A program made the position numbers and the translations under genes. Under the pieces are notes generated by a model. It had not been told where the DNA came from. It made no database searches and worked only from the letters and a program-made list of their open reading frames with translations. A stretch of DNA of 63,190 nt, counting the filler, from Licmophora abbreviata (lineage: Eukaryota): assembly GCA_900291995.1 (NCBI GenBank). It is 9 parts of 9 records of this genome, joined end to end, with 100 filler letters (N's around TTAATTAATTAA, not from the genome) between each part and the next. Parts side by side here need not be neighbours in the genome. Positions count along the whole stretch, not along the records: positions 45,977 to 57,078 come from OLMU01001293.1; positions 57,179 to 63,190 come from OLMU01001297.1; 7 more parts are not named here. One strand, 5' to 3'. Position 1 is the first letter of the stretch, and each line of letters opens with the position of its first letter. Of this stretch, positions 48,584 to 58,459 are shown piece after piece.

Positions 48584-49067
48584 TTTCACTGTTCTGGAAC
48601 GAACTTCACGACGAGTATATTTCACTGATCGACTTCTGAGGAGAAAAGAGCATCAGAAGGCGAGGGGGTAGTGGTCAGTTAAACGGCCGAGACGAGGGGA
48701 GTACAAGGCAGTGGTATCATTGTCTTTAATGGCCAAATGGTACAAAGCAGAGCACGAGATGGGCTTCGCCATCACACATGCCAATCATAAAATCATATAC
48801 AGGTCCGAAGGTGATTGCATGTTCGTCGCTCACGAACACCAACAGCGGCAAAGAGAGTCGGAAACTGACAATCTCTTTGTCCTTCATTTTGTCCCCTTCG
48901 ATCTTCTAGAAAATCTATTTGATCATTGTGAAGTAGTTTCTTACCGACGTGTCGGAAGGGGAAGCAGCAGTGTAACAAACAGTGACTGGATTGGTTTTCG
49001 TGCGGACCACTTGCTGAGACTTGCGATGCCGGCGTGTGTTCGAGTGTGCGTGTGATCGCTATCATTC

Positions 49068-49108
49068 GATACGAGTTTTCGAGAAGTGTATGATACGAGT
49101 TTTCGAGA
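49068..49108. repeat. 17-bp direct repeat GATACGAGTTTTCGAGA x2
   Basis: Copies at 49068-49084 and 49092-49108 in the divergent NECAP/fibrillin intergenic region. Confidence 0.8.
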
Positions 49109-49230
49109 GAGTGTGACAGGTCAAGTCGAGTCAGTCAATCTAGTCGGAGGAGTCGATATGGCAATCCCGCCAAGCGAGCCACAACATGACACCGAACACG
49201 TACGCACGCCAGAAATATTTCGAATCGACA

Positions 49231-50016
49231 ATGGCGAAGATGAAGCCGTTCGTCCTGTTTTGTCCTGTGTTGCTCCTTCTCCTGCGGCTTTCAGAAAGCT
49301 TACCGCCAGACATCTCGAGACGAGCTGCCTTGCGCACACTCAGTGCTTCTCCGGCGCTTGCCTTCTTGATCAGTCATGATTCCTCGGCAGCCGCGACGGT
49401 AGCACCTCCACGAGACGCGCTCTTGCAGGTCATTTCCTCAGGAGCCGAAGAATCTTCCGTCATGACAGCTATTGAAAACTTGGTTCCTGGTGATCCTTCC
49501 AAAGGAAAAGTCACTCCAGATATGCTGGATGGCGAATGGAAGCTTCTGTGGTCCGCCAAAGCCGAGGCATTTTCTCCGCTTCTCCAACTTCCAAGTCCAT
49601 TCAAACCCACATCGTACCAGTACTTTGGAGACGTGGCGGCGGCTGAAGTAGGCACGAATCGTGTCGCGCAGGGTCTGACCGGAGGCCTATTAGGCACCAA
49701 AGAGCTGTGGCTGTCATCAGGTGTACAACCCTCCACCCAAAACCGTTCCAGTCTCACCATTCTTCCGCCATTTAGGTTGCAATTGGGGGGTCGGCCAGGA
49801 GTGACCCCTGACACGAAAAAAACGTTGGTAGAGGCTGGAAGCGATGCTGAATTTCGAGCTTTGAATAGTCGCTCTGTGGAAGCCCAGCGGGCACCCCGGA
49901 ACGAATACCAGCAGCTCTATGTGGAAACAGGCGGAGCGGGTTCGCTTCGTATCTCGACGATTACATCGGGAGATCCAGTGATTGTGGGAGCTATCTTTGT
50001 TCACGAAAAGCTGTGA
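49231..50016 (+). CDS. Plastid PAP/fibrillin-like protein
   Basis: Signal peptide, SRRAAL twin-Arg, IENLV..DP, LDGEWKLLWS, LYVE...LRIS, C-terminal IFVHEK. Confidence 0.68.
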   Translation: MAKMKPFVLFCPVLLLLLRLSESLPPDISRRAALRTLSASPALAFLISHDSSAAATVAPPRDALLQVISSGAEESSVMTAIENLVPGDPSKGKVTPDMLDGEWKLLWSAKAEAFSPLLQLPSPFKPTSYQYFGDVAAAEVGTNRVAQGLTGGLLGTKELWLSSGVQPSTQNRSSLTILPPFRLQLGGRPGVTPDTKKTLVEAGSDAEFRALNSRSVEAQRAPRNEYQQLYVETGGAGSLRISTITSGDPVIVGAIFVHEKL

Positions 50017-50192
50017 TCGTTCAAATAAATGCGATCTTTGACGTAGGTTGAATCCAGTAACTCTATTGCAGTAACAACTCGTTAGCAATTAGCAGTATCT
50101 AATCGGCGGAGCTTCACTTGTTATACTGCGAGAAAAATACGCAAGCTTCGCAGACTCGTCAATCATGCGAACACGGGTAACGTTTATGAAAT

Positions 50193-51614
50193 CTATCCGA
50201 GTTGCAGCTGACTTATTGCAAATGCTGTCATTGCTAGACCAAGATTGAAGAAAAATGGCAAATTGGTCAAGCCCCACCACTTTCGTCCTTGGACGTACAA
50301 ATTGCTATACCAGATCGGTCCAATCACTTTCAACAGCCCGAGAATAGCCGCACGTTCACCTGCCAGTTCTCCCTGTGGAATGCCTGTTTTATGACCCTCC
50401 AATACAAGAGCAGCTGTTATTCCAAGCGTCGAAGCAGCTCCCAAGAAGCCCACGAGAGTACCCACAAACAAGCCTCGGAACTCAAAGAAGGCTGCTCCAA
50501 TGGAGCTACACATAGAGGACAGGGTCGCAATCGCAGTGAATCTTCTTATCCCAAGCTTGTGAACCAGAATGCTCCCTGCTGTATTCGATAAAATTCCGAG
50601 GACCCCTATGACTGCCACGAAGGACGAAAACTCCTTGGTTGATACGTTCCATTCGGTCTTTGCAAATATTTGAAAAAAGTCTCCCATATTGATTGGTAGC
50701 GTCTGCAGCATGAGGATTATCGCAAGGATTCGTACCTTGCTACCGTGACGAAATAGTATTCGCGTGCTCGACAATGGGGACTGTAGCAGCTTCTTTCCCT
50801 CCCAGGGTACTCGTTCCGATGATGGGAGTGTCTCCGGCATGCACAGACCCACCAGAAGTGCAGCGAGCGATGTCACAATCGAGGATGCTCCATAAGTGAT
50901 TGATAGTCCGAGCTCCGCTAGTCTTCCAGCTATGATGGTTCCTACGAGAAATCCTCCACTCGTGGTCGCCATCGTCAGACCCATGGCGGAGCTCATTCGT
51001 TCCGGGTTGTCAGCAGCAACGTCGCCAATGATTGCCTGTGATGCGATGAAGAACAATCCAATTCCAAAGACCCCCATCACCTTGGCAGCACAGATTGACA
51101 GCACAGACGGGGATGCTGATACCATGGATTGACAGACCGTCAGAGAGACGCAGGCCGCCACAAGTACTGGTTTCCGACCAACAGAGTCAAGGGTGCTTCC
51201 AACAGCCGGCGAAAGAACGATTTGTGCGAGTGCGGCGCTTGCTGATAAAGCGGACAGTGTTGAAGTTGCGCGCTCGGTTCCTAGATTGGCCACCAGGGCA
51301 TGTGCAGGAGAAAAGGCAGTCAAAGCCGTCCCAATAAAGAAGAGCAGAGACGATGCCCGCAATACCCCGAGGGGCCCAATTGATGACTCAATTGTCCCTG
51401 ATTTCTGTGCTTCGAGCGAGCCCCCATGGGCTGGCAAAGACTTGGACTTCAAACGATCGATTCGTGAGCTATTTGGTTTAATGGTAACTGCTGACCTTCT
51501 CTGGGGACCCAGACCTGTAGCGTGTCCTGTATGCGATGAAGACGGTAACGCCACGGTGAGGGCCAACAGGCCAGAAAGTATCTTCCGCCTTCTTGTCATG
51601 TCGTACTTCTTCAT
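50193..51614 (-). CDS. Major facilitator superfamily transporter (DHA1/TetA-like)
   Basis: Motif A GSTLDSVGRKPVL; AIIGDV; MPETLP; QGELAG; ~12 TM helices; N-terminal signal-like peptide. Confidence 0.85.
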   Translation of the reverse strand: MKKYDMTRRRKILSGLLALTVALPSSSHTGHATGLGPQRRSAVTIKPNSSRIDRLKSKSLPAHGGSLEAQKSGTIESSIGPLGVLRASSLLFFIGTALTAFSPAHALVANLGTERATSTLSALSASAALAQIVLSPAVGSTLDSVGRKPVLVAACVSLTVCQSMVSASPSVLSICAAKVMGVFGIGLFFIASQAIIGDVAADNPERMSSAMGLTMATTSGGFLVGTIIAGRLAELGLSITYGASSIVTSLAALLVGLCMPETLPSSERVPWEGKKLLQSPLSSTRILFRHGSKVRILAIILMLQTLPINMGDFFQIFAKTEWNVSTKEFSSFVAVIGVLGILSNTAGSILVHKLGIRRFTAIATLSSMCSSIGAAFFEFRGLFVGTLVGFLGAASTLGITAALVLEGHKTGIPQGELAGERAAILGLLKVIGPIWYSNLYVQGRKWWGLTNLPFFFNLGLAMTAFAISQLQLG

Positions 51615-52056
51615 CTGCCATTCGCTTCTGTGAGACTCATCGGTTCATGCGCTGATTATGATGTCGTCCGTGGTAAGCCAATTACAGGTAGTGCGATCTA
51701 GTCAGAGCATCGCTGTTATTGAGACACAACCAGACGAAGTACAGTTGCAAGGAGATCTACATGGTCATGATGAGTTGGAGGCTTGCGGTTGGCGCGCAAA
51801 ACACATACTTCGTCGAGTGAGTCACACAGTCACGAAAGTGATGTCATAATGTTGAGTCAAAAGAAGATTGATTGATTCAGTCCGTCCTACCGTCTTTTTT
51901 TATGATATCATAGTCTACGGATCGATCTGATCCATGTCTGACATGAACATTGAACATCTCTAGACTACCGGTGCTGGTACTTGATGGTACCGGTATGCAT
52001 ATCGGTACCTGTACCGTTCTTTCTGTTCCTACCTACTCGGAGTAGTATCGAAGGTC

Positions 52057-52079
52057 TACCGGTACCGGTACCGGTACCG
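52057..52079. repeat. (TACCGG)n palindromic microsatellite
   Basis: taccggtaccggtaccggtaccg. Confidence 0.8.
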
Positions 52080-52170
52080 CTTATACCCCGACCTACCATA
52101 CCATACACAGTAAATACTGGAAGAACAACCATATACCGGAGAAACCAACAGCCCATAACGACAGGCTTAA

Positions 52171-55100
52171 CTAAACCAAAGTAGTGTCTTCTTCTTCGTC
52201 CAGGCTCATGGAAGAAAACAAAGCAGGGAACGATGATGCCAACCGTGCGGTTTGGCTAGCACCCCGAACGAGACGTGTAGCGCCGGTGTTGTGGACTTTG
52301 GAACCCACCATGAGATAAGTCTTTTCCACTTTCTCAATCGGGTTGATGTTATCCTGGATAACTGTACCCATTATGTCTTCTTCGAACGTATGCGTGATGG
52401 CAACAACTATGTGTAATTCAGCACAGGCGATCGGAAGGGACCCACTCCGGCTCAGCGCATCGAGTAGGTCGAAAGCCTTTTCCTTCTCTGACTTAACGGC
52501 ATCTGCGGACAGAAATGTCTTGACAGATTTTGTGAGGAGGCCTCCCTGGCGGGTGCGGTCCCATATAGACCCTGTCTCAATGATCGTCGATCGAATGGCG
52601 CCATCAGTGTCATTCTTTTCGAACAAAGCATCCAACTCCTTTGGAATCGCTGTAAAGTCTATTCCCTCGCCCCCTCTGAACTCACATTCACTATTCTTAG
52701 ATGTGAGGACTTGATTCTCTGTGGAGGGTGGCATTGATACGGGCACTGGCGTATTGATCTCTGTAAGAATCGGTGGCACCTCTGCGGAACCAGCATCTAC
52801 TCTTTTGGATCGCGTCTCCGCCATCATTGCCAATGGAGGTGATTCTAGGAAGATGGAAGCAGTGTCGGCTTCTGCTCGCATACGCAATTTTTGGGGACCT
52901 CCCAGCCTGCGGACCAGGTGAACTTCCGACCCGTCGGTAATGTCGTAGTGCGAAAGTGACCGACCACTCGCGAGCTGCTTGCCCGAAAACAGTAGGTGCA
53001 GCTGGTCCCGAGGGATGCCTTCATGTTGCTCGATTGTATCCTTTAAGCTATCAACTGAGTCCTTGACATTGACGGCAAGCAGAATGCCATTTCCTTTCAG
53101 GGTTACCACGATTATCTGTATGCTGCCTTCTTTAGCTTCTGATACGCGTTTCTGGATAGACATGTCGGCCTTCTGAGTCGCCTCCTCCAATTCTGCCTTC
53201 TTGGATTTTTCGATGACGTCCTTCACGGCCTCGACGTGACTCTTCACGGCCGCAATTTTGTCTGTCATGGCGGCGTCCTCCGATCCGTCGTACGAGAGCA
53301 AGTCAGAAGGAATTTGATAGTCAATGAACAGTGACAGAAGATCTTGGGTCAACTGTATCTCCTTGGCGAGAGCCTCCGGCGGGAGGTCTAGCAATGCCTC
53401 AAGCTGTGGTTTGAGCTGCACTACACAGACTCCAAACACCGACGACTCCAACTGCATTCCGCGGAAAGATTGAGCGAAACGCTGCTGCTCTGGGGACAAT
53501 GACGCAATCGCATCCTTGAACTCTTTCGCAGTCGGAAGCTCATTGAGCAGCAGTGGAATGATGATTTCATCCTTGTTCTGGACTATAATGGCGTCTTTCG
53601 GATTGAAGCTGTCCGGGCCAGCGACAGTTCCAATCATAAGCAGAAAGCCAGAAAACTGTCGAGCTCGAGCAGTTAGCAAGGCTCGCCGCGTGCCGTGAGT
53701 CGATGACGACGTAGCAAAGCGATGTTGAATCCACCCGTGTAGAATCATCTGTCCAGTGAACTCGACTGATGTTGCGGCACTGATGGGGAAGTAAAGTGGT
53801 GCAGACTTATCGCCGGAGAAAACGTGGGTCAATGTATGGATGGGCTCAAGCTTGTTCCCCTCCTCCTTCTCAATACTCAGGATACCAACGGGGTAATGGT
53901 TGGGGCGCCGAATCGAGTAGCAGAAGGGCTTGGGAGAGTATACGTCATGAAACAGTTTGCTCATATGAAACTGCATAAATTGATCAAAGTCTTTGGGCTG
54001 AATCTCCTTTCCAATCGCGGCAACAAGCTGCTTGCGAAGCATGTCTTCGATGTATCCTAAGCTACCAATGTAGCCGCGGCACAATGAACTTGCGTGCTTC
54101 CAATGAAGATATAGGCTCGCCTCGTCAGATGTTATCAGCTTGGAGGCGTCTCTAGATGGATAGCTTCGTTTGATATCGTCGTTTGCCTCCTTCAGAGAAC
54201 GAATCTGCTCATTGAGAAAGACATCAACGTCTCCTATCGATAGAAGCGGAGAGCTCGTCTGGTCTAGCACGGAAGACCTGACGGCAAGGATTGACTTTCC
54301 AGGTACATCATGAATTGCTATGTCGTCGCCCTCGCGAGTCTTCTCCATGAGGGGCAGGATAGGACAGAATATATTCTCGCCACAAATGGTAAACAGGCGT
54401 TTAGGGGTCGTCTGTGGATCGTCGCTCCCAACCGGAGAGTGCTTGGCCAGAATTAATCCCTCGACACGATCCGTAAAGTGGTTCACTCCGATGTCTGACC
54501 AGTGACTCTGGAACGTCGAAAAGAAGTTAATGGCATCTTCAATATTTTCGTTGCGGTGCGGAGTGCGACATGTGACCTTGGAACGATCAATCTTGAAGCA
54601 GCACAACAGCTTCTCGCCTGTATAGTTAATATGCCCCAGCAGCCAAGTGAGGGAGACGTCGACCGGAAGATGCACTGTTCGCTCCGGAATCGGAGATATC
54701 TTGTTGCCTGATGTAGTGATCACTGTTGACCCAGTTCGCGACTGAAGCACGACTCGATCCTTGTCGGGTTGGCTCCCAGCGAAAGAGAAAAGTGTGTACG
54801 AGTGATCGACTCTCCAGTGAAACTCACGGACCTTCCTCGACACCTTGATCTTCGTTGTTTCGTTCACTTTCTGGGAAGATCCTAAAAGTCCAGAACTCTC
54901 CTGGCTTTTCTCTACTTTGTACTCGCTTTCTCTACTAGGGATCTGCACGACCTCTTCCCTGAGAAACACGCAGGAATCTTCTGCAACGAATCGCAATGTA
55001 ACAGAGCGCTTGTCTTGATGAACCACGCTCATCAGCTTGTGAAGGCTCTCTTCGTTGAGACCCATAGACTCCAGCACATTCATTTGGGCTGCAATGGCCG

Positions 55101-55344
55101 TGTTGGTGAGAAACTCGGCCAGCGCATACTTGTCCTCGTATGTGTGATCTTGATCTTCGGCATAGGTCGGTGTTCGTGTTACATCGAGAATTTTTTGGAC
55201 TTCCTCAAGAGCCTTGTCGATCTGACGACGAAATTGTAGCTCATGGAAGGCAGTATACTTCATGCCGAGAGGTGAAAGCAGGTTCTCAGTAGATGTTGTT
55301 GCACAATGGTGATGGCGATACGAATGATGACACTTCTCATTCAT
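52171..55344 (-). CDS. Large intronless protein of unknown function with internal ubiquitin-like domain
   Basis: ~1,057-aa ORF (alternative ATG 55263). UBL at 53121-52897: IQIIVVTLKG...EGIPRDQLHLLFSGKQL..GRSLSHYDI...VHLVRRLGG. Confidence 0.85.
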   Translation of the reverse strand: MNEKCHHSYRHHHCATTSTENLLSPLGMKYTAFHELQFRRQIDKALEEVQKILDVTRTPTYAEDQDHTYEDKYALAEFLTNTAIAAQMNVLESMGLNEESLHKLMSVVHQDKRSVTLRFVAEDSCVFLREEVVQIPSRESEYKVEKSQESSGLLGSSQKVNETTKIKVSRKVREFHWRVDHSYTLFSFAGSQPDKDRVVLQSRTGSTVITTSGNKISPIPERTVHLPVDVSLTWLLGHINYTGEKLLCCFKIDRSKVTCRTPHRNENIEDAINFFSTFQSHWSDIGVNHFTDRVEGLILAKHSPVGSDDPQTTPKRLFTICGENIFCPILPLMEKTREGDDIAIHDVPGKSILAVRSSVLDQTSSPLLSIGDVDVFLNEQIRSLKEANDDIKRSYPSRDASKLITSDEASLYLHWKHASSLCRGYIGSLGYIEDMLRKQLVAAIGKEIQPKDFDQFMQFHMSKLFHDVYSPKPFCYSIRRPNHYPVGILSIEKEEGNKLEPIHTLTHVFSGDKSAPLYFPISAATSVEFTGQMILHGWIQHRFATSSSTHGTRRALLTARARQFSGFLLMIGTVAGPDSFNPKDAIIVQNKDEIIIPLLLNELPTAKEFKDAIASLSPEQQRFAQSFRGMQLESSVFGVCVVQLKPQLEALLDLPPEALAKEIQLTQDLLSLFIDYQIPSDLLSYDGSEDAAMTDKIAAVKSHVEAVKDVIEKSKKAELEEATQKADMSIQKRVSEAKEGSIQIIVVTLKGNGILLAVNVKDSVDSLKDTIEQHEGIPRDQLHLLFSGKQLASGRSLSHYDITDGSEVHLVRRLGGPQKLRMRAEADTASIFLESPPLAMMAETRSKRVDAGSAEVPPILTEINTPVPVSMPPSTENQVLTSKNSECEFRGGEGIDFTAIPKELDALFEKNDTDGAIRSTIIETGSIWDRTRQGGLLTKSVKTFLSADAVKSEKEKAFDLLDALSRSGSLPIACAELHIVVAITHTFEEDIMGTVIQDNINPIEKVEKTYLMVGSKVHNTGATRLVRGASQTARLASSFPALFSSMSLDEEEDTTLV

Positions 55345-55600
55345 CAAAGTGATCGTGGATATTGTGATGGCTCTTCAGTTCTGTGGCGTGAACGCGTGAG
55401 AAGCGAGTCGAGTCGAGTCGTGGCTCCGTGGTGGTCCCGTTTCAGTCACGGTGGGCCCCCACAGCCACTCACCACAACTCGGTGGATCTTTCCTAGGATT
55501 ATTCGGTGTTGAAGGTCTACTGTACGGTAGGTCTAGACTCTATAACAACAAGAACATATCACAAGATGCATCAGAGAAACTCTCTTGTTCTCATCGCCTT

Positions 55601-56794
55601 TTATAGCCTGGAAAGCAGAGTGTTTTCCTTGTAAGTCACATTCCGAATCGCTTCTAGACAGAACTCTTTGACTGGAGGCAACATCTTGGGATGCACAATG
55701 AAATCGTGACGAAGTTCGTCTATATAGGTTGTCGATATGTTGCTTGGAATTACCTTGCGTGCCTTGAGTTCTTCTAGATCCTCCACATGATGATATGGGC
55801 CCCAATGGTCTGGTCCACCACAGTATAGCATGACAGTGTCACAGTATTTTGCCACCAAGCGCAAGCCACTGACATCTGGGACGATGGGCAGGTCCCGTAT
55901 CTCCTCACAGCCGAGTTCGAAAAAGTTTCTTGCAAAGAGTGGCTGTCGCACCAAGGCCGTGGCAACCTTCCGGCTTCTCTCGTCCTGCACGCTTGATCGA
56001 AGACAGGCATTCAACCAGGTCTCGGGTAGCATCCGTGCCAATCGAAAGATGGATCTTGCGGTACCAATCATGACGTTGGGATTGCGCGCGGCAAATTTTA
56101 GCATAGTTCGTTGTGGCTGGGGGGCATCCATGCGAATGAACGGCATGAGATGTATGATCAAAGATGTGTTTTGAAGGATTTGACGTTGATGCAAAATACA
56201 GAGGCGCTGTACCATGAAGGCCCCAATGGAATGGGAGAGGAATATGAACCTCGGGAGTCGGTGTCGAGACGATGTGCTCTGATCGGGTAGCCACTTTCTT
56301 GCTAGATCGTTCATTTCCTGTCGAACATGGTCCATCCATGCAACCTTATGTCGAATCTGTCCGTCAAGAGTCCAAGGAGTGCGGGTGTCTCGGGTCTCGC
56401 TTTCAGCATCGTCCCAGCGTTCGACATTGACCACATCCTGCGTTAAGCCATGTCCAGCATAAGAAAGGCCCCGAGCGGCATATCCCACTCCAAGCTCTTT
56501 CACGAGATCTTCCAGAAGGGGTGTATACCATTGCACCAAGCCAGGATTTCCGGGTACAAAAAGCAGGAGCGTGTGCGGAAACCGTTGGATTTCGGAGCCA
56601 CCGAGAGGCCCCCCCCAAAAATCGACAGAGACCGTGTCGGTTGGCCAACCTAGAAAAGGACGGATCTCCTGAAGCACACGAGGGCGTCTTGGGACTCCGG
56701 AAAAGGAGGGTGCCACGGTTGACGGATCACCACCGCGACGCACTGTCTTGAAATGTGTTCGGTCATGAGTTTCCGGCACCAAAGTAGCATGCAT
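55601..56794 (-). CDS. Lipid droplet-associated hydrolase (LDAH/DUF2305) family alpha/beta hydrolase
   Basis: LLFVPGNPGLVQWY, YAGH, LDGQIRHK, SHSIGAF, DHWGP, HDFIV. Confidence 0.85.
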   Translation of the reverse strand: MHATLVPETHDRTHFKTVRRGGDPSTVAPSFSGVPRRPRVLQEIRPFLGWPTDTVSVDFWGGPLGGSEIQRFPHTLLLFVPGNPGLVQWYTPLLEDLVKELGVGYAARGLSYAGHGLTQDVVNVERWDDAESETRDTRTPWTLDGQIRHKVAWMDHVRQEMNDLARKWLPDQSTSSRHRLPRFIFLSHSIGAFMVQRLCILHQRQILQNTSLIIHLMPFIRMDAPQPQRTMLKFAARNPNVMIGTARSIFRLARMLPETWLNACLRSSVQDERSRKVATALVRQPLFARNFFELGCEEIRDLPIVPDVSGLRLVAKYCDTVMLYCGGPDHWGPYHHVEDLEELKARKVIPSNISTTYIDELRHDFIVHPKMLPPVKEFCLEAIRNVTYKENTLLSRL

Positions 56795-57180
56795 TCGGAC
56801 TTTTAGCTTCTGTGGTCGAGTAAGCGGTCGAATGACTGGTCGGTTGAGCGATGATGATGAGTGAAGCGGACGCGATGAGATGATTTTATGTTGATGAATG
56901 TTGCGAGCGAGTTTCAAGTTGCGATTGCATTGCCGCGCGACGCGCGAGAGGCCCGGCCGGCGCGGGGTCGTGATGAAGTTTGAAAGTGCGGGGCGTGTGA
57001 CATGACGGGGGACGCGACAGCACCGCCAACATTGAACATGGGTGACTGAACTTTATACGCTGCTTGCAAGGATGGATTNNNNNNNNNNNNNNNNNNNNNN
57101 NNNNNNNNNNNNNNNNNNNNNNTTAATTAATTAANNNNNNNNNNNNNNNNNNNNNNNNNNNNNNNNNNNNNNNNNNNNAA

Positions 57181-57873
57181 TTTTGGGGGTATCTCGATAA
57201 CGACGTAATTCTGGGCGATATTCGTTCCTTTCTGCATCCCAAGAGACTCTCCGAATCGGATGTTATCAGTGCTTTCCCTAGGAGAGATAGCAGACAAATG
57301 TCCGGTGCTTTCACTTTGTACCGCAACATTCCAAAGATAAACGAGCTCTTTCGACTGGCGGAGCGTCCACTCGAGGAAATCTTCGCTGTTCAGGAAACGC
57401 AATTCTTTGACGAAACTGGCGGGAAGGACGAAGAATCATCCATGTATGGCATTATGACTCGTCACCACGAACGGCTTGGCATTCGGTTTACCGGCATTGT
57501 TGGAAGAGTAGCATGGGATGGGCTCTGTCTCGAAGATTTCCCGTTCGGACCTTGCAGCGGATGCAGACTCTCTCTGCAATTGAATGGCAAGCAAGTGCTG
57601 AGGAAGACCTGGTCTGATGGTAGTCGTACGTTTAGAAAGGCGCAAATGCTTTGCCACTATCAGTACACCAAAAACATCCTTGAGAAGTACCTGGAATCCG
57701 AATCTCTCATGAGCGAGCTGCTGCGAGAACGACAGTTTCTATATGAGGTCCATGGAGGCTTCTTCGACTTGAATGGGACACGACTTCGCAATCAGGGACC
57801 CATCTTGGCCGTACCTAGAACAAAGAAAGAATTCCGATCAGAGAAATTCTGGGAAAATGCTACCGGCTGCTAG
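57181..57873 (+). CDS. 5'-truncated DUF6625-like putative glycosyltransferase
   Basis: In frame upstream of ORF 57298: FWGYLDNDVILGDIRSFL...GAFTLYRNIPKINELF...FFDE. Confidence 0.65.
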   Translation, partial: FWGYLDNDVILGDIRSFLHPKRLSESDVISAFPRRDSRQMSGAFTLYRNIPKINELFRLAERPLEEIFAVQETQFFDETGGKDEESSMYGIMTRHHERLGIRFTGIVGRVAWDGLCLEDFPFGPCSGCRLSLQLNGKQVLRKTWSDGSRTFRKAQMLCHYQYTKNILEKYLESESLMSELLRERQFLYEVHGGFFDLNGTRLRNQGPILAVPRTKKEFRSEKFWENATGC

Positions 57874-58459
57874 TAAAAGGGGCACCCTTGCGCCCTTGGA
57901 ATCTCTCACAAACGCTTACTCTCACGCAGCGCTCGGTGTTTCGCGTCACGAGTCTGCGCTCTTGATGTTTGTGGTCCGTGAGACTATTTTGGCTTCGTTC
58001 TCAAATTTCTCCGCAATCCTATATTGTGGCGAGGAATGAGGCCACGCCGCGCTTACTTACGCAAGGAGGTTTGAAATTGGATGGTATCTGTACTGCAGAA
58101 CGCTTATGGGGCATTAGAATCTTTCAGGAGTGGCCTTCAGCGTACCGTTACTGTCTAGATGGCACGAACGTAGCATCAGATTTGGTTGAATAATGCAGAC
58201 CATTATTTCTTTAAAAAATACTTCTCGTAAGTTGTACCGGTACGCCACACGCCACATGCATTCGCGCAGTTATTATGAAGGTGAACCAAAGTCTGTCACA
58301 GGTAACGCGATGATTCCTATTATATGGATTTACCCACGATTATGATGGCATAGAGTACAGAAGCCGAAGCAGTACTTTTCCCAGCTTTCGTAAGAATGAT
58401 TGTTCCTTTTTAAAGTCTAGTAGTTTTCAATCGAGTCGTCAACGTTGAGCCTACTTTCT

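Noticed and set aside
56215..56245. SHSIG instead of GxSxG in the LDAH-like hydrolase
   Set aside because: The nucleophile Ser and downstream Asp/His are present; small-residue substitution at the first position is common.
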